DNA from: a phage | Direction: 5' to 3' (one strand) | Assembly (NCBI GenBank): GCA_012813795.1 | Contig: GCA_012813795.1_4087.1 | DNA length: 64,000 bases | The notes under the pieces: generated by a model | The model's input: the letters and a program-made list of their open reading frames with translations, nothing else | Database searches by the model: none | What the model was told of the DNA's origin: nothing | Part shown: positions 9,866-19,910 of the stretch, in pieces | Layout: each line of letters begins with the position of its first letter | Numbering within the stretch: the first letter of the stretch is position 1 | Translations under genes and position numbers: made by a program

Positions 9866-11191
9866 TTAACCAAGAGAACGTGCTTTGCGTACTAGGTCAG
9901 AGTACTTCATAACGAAGTCTTTGAACGCTGGAACATCTTTGTACGCAATCGCTACCTTATGTTGAGTGATGGTACGAATTGCTAGTACTGCCAGTTCTGC
10001 CTGAGTTTCGGAGAAGTTACGGTCCAGGAAGGTGATGAAGTTGTTGCACAGCTTGCCCCACTCTTCAACTGGAAGACGTTGTTCTTGCTTCTCATTGTAC
10101 AGGTCGATAATTTTATAAACCAGATTCAGAGAGATGAAGTAGTTCGCAGAAATATCCAGCGTTGCATCAATCTCTTTAATCTCACCCTGTAGGATGGACA
10201 TAGTATCTGGTAGTTTAGATACGTTTTCTACGTATTCGATATATTCAGTTGCTACACCTTCACCAACACGACCAGCGATTAGAGCACGGAACACTTCTTT
10301 ATCAATGTTGTTGCCTTTCTTCAGGTCTTCGTAGCGTGCTACTGCTTCCCATGAACGTGGAGAAGTACCACCACTGTGAGAAGGATCTTGTGGGCTAAGG
10401 GTGTTGAAGTACTTAGCACCAGTGTTGTTGATGAACGCAACAGTACCTGGGTTCAAACGCTTAGCAATCGCGTAATCGTCAATCCAATCTTGATGGTAAG
10501 GAACCATTTCGATGTGGGTCATACGGTCACGTAGTGGCGTTGCCAGAGAGAACGTTACGCCGCCATCAGTTTCACGGTTACCTGCTGCGAGAATCAGTGC
10601 AGTCTTAGGTAGCTTCATCTCACCAACACAACGGTCGAGGATTAGCTGATAAGACGCTGCCTGTACAATCGGCATAGCAGAGTTAATTTCGTCAAACAGG
10701 ATAACACCTTTCCAATCTGGAGACAGTTTCAGTACTTTAGGTGCTGCCCATACAACTGCTGTTTCAGCAATGTAATCTTTAGCTGTTTCCAGTTCAGATT
10801 CAATCAGTTGTTTGCCATCCATATCCAGGAACACTTTTTCAGGGACTGGGATACCACGTAGGTCACTTGGTTCAATCTGTGACAAACGGAAGTCGATGAA
10901 GTTAGTGTCTTGGTCAATCAGTTTTGCTTCAAACGCTGCCAGTTCGCGGCGAAGTGCATCAGCATTTTCAGCATCAACTTCAATTTGTTGTTTCATGAAC
11001 TCGATTTTAGCCAAGTTATCCTTACGAAGAGGATAGTTCTCGTCAGCGTATTGACGTGCAATCGCAGACTTACCGATACCAGGGCTACCCCAAATCATCA
11101 GACTGTCCTGAATTTTATCTGCCAGAGCCATAGCCATTTTTGCTTTCTTAGGAGTCAGTTTTACGTTCAGGATATCTTGTTGTTCGCTCAT
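9866..11191 (-). CDS. MoxR-type AAA+ ATPase
   Basis: Walker A GSPGIGKS, Walker B ILFDEIN; AAGG ribosome-binding site; directly upstream of the VWA partner. Confidence 0.8.
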   Translation of the reverse strand: MSEQQDILNVKLTPKKAKMAMALADKIQDSLMIWGSPGIGKSAIARQYADENYPLRKDNLAKIEFMKQQIEVDAENADALRRELAAFEAKLIDQDTNFIDFRLSQIEPSDLRGIPVPEKVFLDMDGKQLIESELETAKDYIAETAVVWAAPKVLKLSPDWKGVILFDEINSAMPIVQAASYQLILDRCVGEMKLPKTALILAAGNRETDGGVTFSLATPLRDRMTHIEMVPYHQDWIDDYAIAKRLNPGTVAFINNTGAKYFNTLSPQDPSHSGGTSPRSWEAVARYEDLKKGNNIDKEVFRALIAGRVGEGVATEYIEYVENVSKLPDTMSILQGEIKEIDATLDISANYFISLNLVYKIIDLYNEKQEQRLPVEEWGKLCNNFITFLDRNFSETQAELAVLAIRTITQHKVAIAYKDVPAFKDFVMKYSDLVRKARSLG

Positions 11192-11256
11192 GTGTATTTT
11201 CCTTTTGTTGGATAAAAAACTAGGTTTATATTATAACCAATCCGTTGGCAAAAGTA

Positions 11257-11296
11257 AAGGAACTGTGTTAAAAGTATTTTAACTTATCAGTTCCTT
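11257..11296 (-). promoter_or_regulatory. Long stem-loop in leader region
   Basis: AAGGAACTG ... CAGTTCCTT 9-bp inverted repeat; the loop carries a second palindrome TTAAAA-gta-TTTTAA. Confidence 0.3.
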
Positions 11297-11358
11297 ATCT
11301 TCAGTGAATCATCCGTGTGTTTAAAAAGGTCAATCTTGTTTGCCGTCTTGATGTGGTC

Positions 11359-11386
11359 ATTATATCACATCGTTCAGGCTTGTCAA
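11359..11386 (-). promoter_or_regulatory. Near-consensus sigma70 promoter P1
   Basis: Minus strand reads TTGACA-16 nt-TATAAT with TGn extended -10. Confidence 0.6.
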
Positions 11387-11452
11387 CAACTTTTTTTTCT
11401 TTCTTTTTCAATCTCACATCTTGTGATTTTGAAATCTTGCTTCGTGACGTTC

Positions 11453-11480
11453 ATTATATCACGTTAATCTGTACTGTCAA
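11453..11480 (-). promoter_or_regulatory. Near-consensus sigma70 promoter P2, tandem copy of P1
   Basis: Minus strand reads TTGACA-16 nt-TATAAT with TGn; shares GTGATATAATGA core with P1. Confidence 0.6.
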
Positions 11481-11544
11481 CATCTTTTTCATTTTTATTT
11501 TCGAAGCGTTCTACATATGCATCGAAAATAACTGCTTGAAATCA

Positions 11545-11889
11545 TCACCGACACAATGTTAATTCAGTAACTACCATTGCGTCGGAGAGATATATGTAGT
11601 AGCCATCAACATAATAAGGACTTCTACATATTCTATCAAGCGATGTAAATATTATAGAGCTTTTGAACTCTCTTAGCAAGGGGATTTTTGTAAATTCATA
11701 AAGATTATTTTCTTCACAAATCATAAATCCATACTTACTAAGCCTCAAACCACCACCAGTTCTGAAGTTTTCAAAAATAGACATCAGAAGCATTCTGTCA
11801 GTGATTTCAGCGTCCGATTCATGTACTTCTTTAACTTTTATAAGTACTTCATTTTGAAATTCAGTGCTGTTAGTGGGTTGTGGTATCAT
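11545..11889 (-). CDS. Hypothetical protein
   Basis: 114-aa ORF in co-directional series. Confidence 0.55.
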   Translation of the reverse strand: MIPQPTNSTEFQNEVLIKVKEVHESDAEITDRMLLMSIFENFRTGGGLRLSKYGFMICEENNLYEFTKIPLLREFKSSIIFTSLDRICRSPYYVDGYYIYLSDAMVVTELTLCR

Positions 11890-11891
11890 AA

Positions 11892-12293
11892 TTACATCCC
11901 CACAAAACCTTGTCTGGCAGCATAAGAAGGAGCATCTTTAACTTTATAGCTACGATGACCTTCACTGTCAACTTTAGGAGCCATATCTTCAGTACCGAAA
12001 TCTTCTTCAATTTCTTTAGTACTGTCTTTTGCTTCTAAGTCATCATTATATTCCACATCTGCCAAAATGTCACATGCTTTTTTAAGTTTTTCTGCGATTT
12101 CTTTATGGTCAGAACCTTCTTCTTTTGCTTTATCAACTAAAGCAACTAAAGATGTAGTGATTTCCTTTAGTAAATCAACGATAACGTTGTCCGAATCTTC
12201 TTGGACAACGATACCATTTTCTTCTTGAGGAACTTCTTCTTCTGCCATAATCGCATCTAGTGATTCCACTAGTTCACGATAGTTATATGACAT
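11892..12293 (-). CDS. Hypothetical acidic protein
   Basis: 133-aa ORF, Glu/Asp-rich. Confidence 0.6.
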   Translation of the reverse strand: MSYNYRELVESLDAIMAEEEVPQEENGIVVQEDSDNVIVDLLKEITTSLVALVDKAKEEGSDHKEIAEKLKKACDILADVEYNDDLEAKDSTKEIEEDFGTEDMAPKVDSEGHRSYKVKDAPSYAARQGFVGM

Positions 12294-12294
12294 A

Positions 12295-13233
12295 TTACTT
12301 ATCTCCTAGAAACTTATTGTACTTACTTTGGAGACTTTCAAAAATGTCTTCTACAGATTCGTCTTCTTCAGACTCTTCTTCTTCAGCTTCGTAAACATTA
12401 AGTGGGTTATCACCTAGAGCAGTACCAGGTGCTTTTGGCTTGAATTCATGTACACGATGTACATTGCCTTCATTATCATATTCTTCTGGATTTGGAACAT
12501 TGTCAAGTTCTTCTTGAACAACACGTCTCCAGTAGAATTGGTTTCCTTTAGGAACTACGATGAAGTTATCACCTTCAACACCATTGGTTTTAGCTTGACC
12601 ATCTTGAACAGCATCGTATTCAGAACGGAAAGGACCAAAATCAGTTGTGTCAAGTGCTGGACTCTCTTCTTCTAGACTTAGGTCAGGAAGGATTTGAGAT
12701 TCAGTAACTTCTTCTTCATCTTCATCTACTGCTTCAGTAACAGGAAGACCAGCTAGAGACATCATACGACCGAAATCGAATTCTTCTTCAATAACTTCTT
12801 CGTCTTCATCTGATAGAGTAGATTCTAGCTTAGGTTGACCACTCATGTCAAGAGAAAGTTCATCTTCTTCACCAGGAGCTTCAACATCGATAACTGGAAT
12901 GTCAGCTTCACCTTCTGCATCAGCACCGAAATCAGTTACTGAACCAGATAGATCATCAACAGCTTGTGCTAGTGGGTCTTCTTCACCAATTTCTGGAACA
13001 GGTGCTACATCAGCACCCATTTCTGGAGCAACAACTTCTGGTTCTTCCGCTGAACCACCAAAAGAACCGAAGTCAAGTGGAGCGATTGGAGAAACAGTAG
13101 GTGCTACGGATGATTGCTTTTCAGCTTGACCAGCTAGTGCAAGCATACGGGATAGTGCTTCTAGATCAGCAGATTCTAGACCAGCAATATCAATTTTAAC
13201 CTGTGCTTCATTAATTTTTTTTGCCATTTTCAA
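12295..13233 (-). CDS. Hypothetical highly acidic protein
   Basis: 312-aa ORF with long Asp/Glu-rich tracts. Confidence 0.65.
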   Translation of the reverse strand: MKMAKKINEAQVKIDIAGLESADLEALSRMLALAGQAEKQSSVAPTVSPIAPLDFGSFGGSAEEPEVVAPEMGADVAPVPEIGEEDPLAQAVDDLSGSVTDFGADAEGEADIPVIDVEAPGEEDELSLDMSGQPKLESTLSDEDEEVIEEEFDFGRMMSLAGLPVTEAVDEDEEEVTESQILPDLSLEEESPALDTTDFGPFRSEYDAVQDGQAKTNGVEGDNFIVVPKGNQFYWRRVVQEELDNVPNPEEYDNEGNVHRVHEFKPKAPGTALGDNPLNVYEAEEEESEEDESVEDIFESLQSKYNKFLGDK

Positions 13234-13246
13234 TAAATCCTTTTAG

Positions 13247-14719
13247 TTATTCATCATTATTATTTAATGATTTTAAAATCTGCACTACTTCATCTTTATT
13301 ACCAGCCAATAGAATGTCAGCGGCTAGTAAAGAAACCTTATCACCACGGGTTAGCAGTACTGTAATCTTTTTCGCATAAGGAGAAGATTTAATTTGTGAT
13401 GCAAGTGCTTCCATACCATTCCCTTGCTCAACTTCTGGTTCAGGGGTCGGTTCTGGTTTAGGCTCTTCCTTTGGTTCTTCTTTCGGTTCAGCCTGTGCTT
13501 CAGGTTTAGGTTCTTCTTGTGCTTTTGGTTCTTCTTGTGGTGCGTCATTTGGTTTAGGTTCATTCTCTGATTTAGAAGATTCAAAACGATCCAGAATAGC
13601 TTGTGCAGCACTTTTTGGAATCATTTTACCATCTGGACCAATGAATCGATCACCACCAACGTATACATATTCTTTGCCTTTCTTAGAAGTAACTTTTGTT
13701 CCGATTTTCATTGCACCAGATTCGTTATGTTTAAGAATGGCTTGTTGTGCAGCACGCTCAATACTTTGTGCAGCACCTGAATTTAGTTGTTTTTTAGTTT
13801 CAACATCAAACCAAGCACCACGTTGTTTAGCATAAGTTTTGTTTTTACCAGAAGTAAAACGGTATCCATCTGGTACACCAACTGCTGGTTCATCTTCAGC
13901 TTCGGTAACTTTTTCTGGCTTCGGTACAGAACCAAAACGTTGTTCTTCACCAGTACTAGCACCAGTTAAAGAAGGAAAATCTTCAGGATTTGCCTTAACG
14001 AACTGTGAATATGCTTGGAAAATAGCTTTCGAGCCTTGTTCAGATACTACCACATTACCGTCATTATCGCAAAATTCTTTACCGTTCCATTCAGAACGAA
14101 CATTACCTTGAATCAATACAGATTTCAATGGGATTAGTTTATTGTTTGTAGATAATTGGCGAGCAATGCGAAGACCTTCTTCACTTAGTTTACGTGTCAT
14201 TTCTGGGCTTACAGGGCGACCGCTTTTTAGTTCAACAAAGCGATGACTGTTAGGAATAAACTTATATCCTTGAACTACAATACCTGCTGGGATAGAAATA
14301 TCTTGTGCATGTGGGGGTAGAATATAAAATTTCAAAGTACTCCACTCTTTTTGTAGAGTTTCTTTGGAAACTTGATATACACGTTGTTCATCACCCATTA
14401 GTTCTGTAATCACTTCACTTTCAGAAAGAATAGTACCGTCATCACTATGGAAGCGGCTTTCACCGATGAACGTACACTCTTTTCCATTGTGAAGATAGTT
14501 TTCGCCAATTTTAAATGCAGTGTTTGATTTATTGTTGTGCTCAACAATTTGTTGTCGAGCACAAGCATACATATTTGGATATTTTTGTGGATCAACCATC
14601 ATCATATTACTATCATTGAACCACATACCTTCTAAGAAGACATATTTTGCTCCAGTATGGGAAGTATAGATATACCCATTAGGAACTACCGTACTTTCAG
14701 TACTGAATAATTTAAGCAT
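13247..14719 (-). CDS. Hypothetical protein with Pro/Glu/Lys-rich linker
   Basis: 490-aa ORF; EPKxEEPK low-complexity repeats near C-terminus. Confidence 0.65.
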   Translation of the reverse strand: MLKLFSTESTVVPNGYIYTSHTGAKYVFLEGMWFNDSNMMMVDPQKYPNMYACARQQIVEHNNKSNTAFKIGENYLHNGKECTFIGESRFHSDDGTILSESEVITELMGDEQRVYQVSKETLQKEWSTLKFYILPPHAQDISIPAGIVVQGYKFIPNSHRFVELKSGRPVSPEMTRKLSEEGLRIARQLSTNNKLIPLKSVLIQGNVRSEWNGKEFCDNDGNVVVSEQGSKAIFQAYSQFVKANPEDFPSLTGASTGEEQRFGSVPKPEKVTEAEDEPAVGVPDGYRFTSGKNKTYAKQRGAWFDVETKKQLNSGAAQSIERAAQQAILKHNESGAMKIGTKVTSKKGKEYVYVGGDRFIGPDGKMIPKSAAQAILDRFESSKSENEPKPNDAPQEEPKAQEEPKPEAQAEPKEEPKEEPKPEPTPEPEVEQGNGMEALASQIKSSPYAKKITVLLTRGDKVSLLAADILLAGNKDEVVQILKSLNNNDE

Positions 14720-14731
14720 TGTATTATCCCC

Positions 14732-15289
14732 TTACGAAATCATTCGAAGTAGTTGCTCACGTTCAGCAGGACTTAGACCTTGTAGAATACCAGCAATACC
14801 TTGTGATTGGGTAGATGGATTCGCCGCTGGTTGTGGTGGTTCATTTGAAGCTTGTGGTGCTGCTGCTGGTTCACTTTGTGGTTTAGCTGGTGCTGGTGCT
14901 GGCTCTTCTTGATCACGATATGTGTTCATGTATTCACGAGAAGCCTGTAGTAGAGCGTTACCAACATCTTTAGGTGTGAAAGAACGGCGTTGGTTATTAC
15001 CAAGGAATTTCACATCCAATTGATTACCTTTGAAGAATTGTGCAACATCAGCATATGGAACAGAGCTTTGTGCTTTACCATATTTTTTACCAATATATCG
15101 TTTAAATTCAGCCCATAGGCGGTTAGCTTCTGCACCAACTTCCTGTGCACCTTGCTCAATCTGCCCACTACCGAACATACCTTTTACTTTCCCTTTAGCA
15201 CTATCAATAGCACTTTGAGAACGACTATAAGGACGAGCTTCATTCAGTTCATTGTCCTCATACTCAAACATTTCATTAAGTATACTCAT
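14732..15289 (-). CDS. Hypothetical protein
   Basis: 185-aa ORF, Pro/Ala/Gln-rich C-terminal region. Confidence 0.6.
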   Translation of the reverse strand: MSILNEMFEYEDNELNEARPYSRSQSAIDSAKGKVKGMFGSGQIEQGAQEVGAEANRLWAEFKRYIGKKYGKAQSSVPYADVAQFFKGNQLDVKFLGNNQRRSFTPKDVGNALLQASREYMNTYRDQEEPAPAPAKPQSEPAAAPQASNEPPQPAANPSTQSQGIAGILQGLSPAEREQLLRMIS

Positions 15290-15292
15290 CGT

Positions 15293-15823
15293 TTATTCCT
15301 TTTTACCAAAACCAGCACTCATATATTGAGAGTATTTATTATCACGTTTAATCTCTTCTTTTGCGTCTTCAACTGCTTTGTCAGCACGTTCTTGACCAGA
15401 AATACCAGTACTATCTACTGCATCACCGAAATCTTTTCCGATAACACGAATTTCGTCAAAATCAACGTCATCTTCACTGATTGACATTTCAATTTGACGT
15501 GGTTCATCTTTACCGCGAACACGAATAAGTGCTTCAGTAACAGATAGAAGGTTTCCAATTTCATACATTAGTACATTAGACTGTACACCACGATTGCATT
15601 TGAAATCAAACATCCAGATTTCACCACAATCTAGTTCATAAAAGTCTAGTGGTTTTTCCATGAAAATAGTTTTCTTCAGAGCACCAACTTCGAAAGCATC
15701 ATAGCGATCTACTAGACGTTGGGTAACTTTACTCAATTGTTCAGTACTAGGTTCAAATGCAAATTTGACACGATATTCATATACAGGTTTATTTTCTGTT
15801 AGAATTTGTTGTAGTTTGTTCAT
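15293..15823 (-). CDS. Hypothetical protein
   Basis: 176-aa ORF. Confidence 0.6.
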   Translation of the reverse strand: MNKLQQILTENKPVYEYRVKFAFEPSTEQLSKVTQRLVDRYDAFEVGALKKTIFMEKPLDFYELDCGEIWMFDFKCNRGVQSNVLMYEIGNLLSVTEALIRVRGKDEPRQIEMSISEDDVDFDEIRVIGKDFGDAVDSTGISGQERADKAVEDAKEEIKRDNKYSQYMSAGFGKKE

Positions 15824-15851
15824 TTAATAACTCCATTAATGGTCGTTTAAG

Positions 15852-17965
<2,114 letters not shown>

Positions 17966-17975
17966 AGTACTCTCC

Positions 17976-18752
17976 TTAAAAACCTATATTACCGAATACA
18001 CGGTCAATGATATCTAGTCCTTGGTTTACTTTTTCTGGTAGTAATGAATTAATGCGAGTACTATACATTTCTTCAATATTATCAAATTGAATACAATTAT
18101 CAGGTTTAATTGTAATATCCATAGTTACTGGTGCACTAGAGCTATATTCCAATGTATCGTAACTAATATTGGTGATGATACACCCTGTAAGAACAAAGTA
18201 TTCCATTACACCAGCACTGTTATAGTTTGAGCCACCAATGAACTGATCTACTGCATTAACCAACCCACCATTATTTGTCACAGCGGTAGCAGCAGAAACA
18301 GCAGTATTTCTTGCTAAATCTTCAATGCTGTCATCAGTATTACGTCCATTTAGCATTTGAATAACCATACCAAATTTATATGAACCATAGTCCTGATCAC
18401 TTCTGGATGTAATTCGTCGTTGAAAATCTAATTGTTTTTGTAACTGTCTTGACAATGCTTTAGCACTTTCATTACCGATTGAATCACGAATTGTTAGTGT
18501 GATGGGTTCCCAGTTATGATTACCAATATATGTAGTATTGGTAGTAAAATGGTTCAACTTATGAGTACTGAATGTTACTGTTGGTCTATCAACTTTATCA
18601 ACATCTAATGCGATGTGATCACGCTCATCAATATCAGTACCGAAATTATAAACAATAACTCTAAATTTATACTTAGCTTTAGGTTGTAGCATTGTTTTAT
18701 TTCTTCCCGATGGTAATGGAACGCCATATTTACTAATCATGTTTTTTGCCAT
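17976..18752 (-). CDS. Tail tube protein paralog B (putative)
   Basis: N-terminus KYGVPLPSGRNKTMLQPKAKYKFRVIVYNFG is clearly paralogous to 18840..19523; sits after the sheath gene. Confidence 0.5.
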   Translation of the reverse strand: MAKNMISKYGVPLPSGRNKTMLQPKAKYKFRVIVYNFGTDIDERDHIALDVDKVDRPTVTFSTHKLNHFTTNTTYIGNHNWEPITLTIRDSIGNESAKALSRQLQKQLDFQRRITSRSDQDYGSYKFGMVIQMLNGRNTDDSIEDLARNTAVSAATAVTNNGGLVNAVDQFIGGSNYNSAGVMEYFVLTGCIITNISYDTLEYSSSAPVTMDITIKPDNCIQFDNIEEMYSTRINSLLPEKVNQGLDIIDRVFGNIGF

Positions 18753-18793
18753 AGCAACCTCTTTTAATTTAAGGTATTATACTTTATTTAGCA

Positions 18794-18822
18794 TAAAAAA
18801 AGCCCCGAAATAGTTTCGAGGC
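18794..18822 (-). terminator. Rho-independent terminator between the two tube paralogs
   Basis: GCCCCGAAA-tag-TTTCGAGGC hairpin (one mismatch) followed on minus strand by TTTTTTT. Confidence 0.55.
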
Positions 18823-18839
18823 TTTAGAAGTATCTTTAA

Positions 18840-19523
18840 TTAATCAAAGAAGTTTGTATCAGGTAGTGTAGTACTACTAATGTTGGTTTGTGCACCACTA
18901 ATAGAAGATGCAGTACTTGGGTTACCGAAACCAGTAACTTCATCACCGAATGCTTCACCGTTTGGACCCAACTTAGCACAACCATCTGGTTGAACACTCA
19001 TTGTAATAACTTGTGCTTCGCTTGAAGAGTAATCCCAATCACCAAAGTTGCTGGATTCAATAAAGCAACCCTGACAAACCCAAGTACTTAGAGTACCTTC
19101 AAAAAGGTTTGTTGCATTTTCGCTGTTAGAACCATCTAGTTCTTGAATCCACATTTCAAATTTAAACTGGGAATCAGTCATACGAGATTCTTGACTATAG
19201 TAGTTGAATTCTTTACGCATTTGGTTGTAAAGTGCTTTTGCTGAAGCATTACCAACTGAATCACGGAAAGCAACTTCAATCGCATCCCAAGTATATTTGC
19301 CTTTATAGTGTGCGGAACTGTTATAACTATGAACAGTTACGTTTTCATGCGATACTGATACTGCACCAACAGTGTTAGTATCTAGTGTAATCATGTTGCC
19401 ATCATCATTGGCACCAAAACCAAAGAAAATTACACGGAATTTATATTTTGCTTTTGGTTGTTTCATTGAAATACGACCACCACCAGCAAGCGGAACGCCA
19501 TATCGATCTAGCATAGTAGCCAT
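18840..19523 (-). CDS. Tail tube protein paralog A (putative)
   Basis: N-terminus RYGVPLAGGGRISMKQPKAKYKFRVIFFGFG; gene order sheath then tube as in T4 genes 18 and 19. Confidence 0.5.
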   Translation of the reverse strand: MATMLDRYGVPLAGGGRISMKQPKAKYKFRVIFFGFGANDDGNMITLDTNTVGAVSVSHENVTVHSYNSSAHYKGKYTWDAIEVAFRDSVGNASAKALYNQMRKEFNYYSQESRMTDSQFKFEMWIQELDGSNSENATNLFEGTLSTWVCQGCFIESSNFGDWDYSSSEAQVITMSVQPDGCAKLGPNGEAFGDEVTGFGNPSTASSISGAQTNISSTTLPDTNFFD

Positions 19524-19680
19524 TTATATTCTCCTGTTATGGAATGACATCTTTATATTATTTATCTATTACTTACACTTTTATTGAAGTATCTCATCAA
19601 CAGGAAACCAATCTATATTCACACAATACAAGTACTTTTTTTCTTGTTTATGATCTGTATAGTTTACACCAACCGACCAT

Positions 19681-19827
19681 TTACCATTTGTGTAAACATT
19701 GTATTCTCGAATTATACCGACAATGTTCCAAATTTTGTATAAAAGCTTTAAGGATTTTTACGGCATCGTCCTGTGTTGTTACAGTTTTACTTACATCTTG
19801 TAATGTTTTTTTAAGTATTTCTTCCAT
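19681..19827 (-). CDS. Small hypothetical protein (48 aa), not in ORF track
   Basis: ATG preceded by AGGAA ribosome-binding site; fills the gap between sheath terminator and tube gene. Confidence 0.4.
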   Translation of the reverse strand: MEEILKKTLQDVSKTVTTQDDAVKILKAFIQNLEHCRYNSRIQCLHKW

Positions 19828-19877
19828 ATTATTCCTGATCGTTGAATTAATAACATAACGTATTTAATTTTAAACAA

Positions 19878-19902
19878 TAAAAAAGGGAACCATATGGTTC
19901 CC
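19878..19902 (-). terminator. Rho-independent terminator just after the sheath gene
   Basis: GGGAACC-atat-GGTTCCC perfect hairpin followed on minus strand by TTTTTTATT. Confidence 0.7.
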
Positions 19903-19910
19903 TTAGTGTG

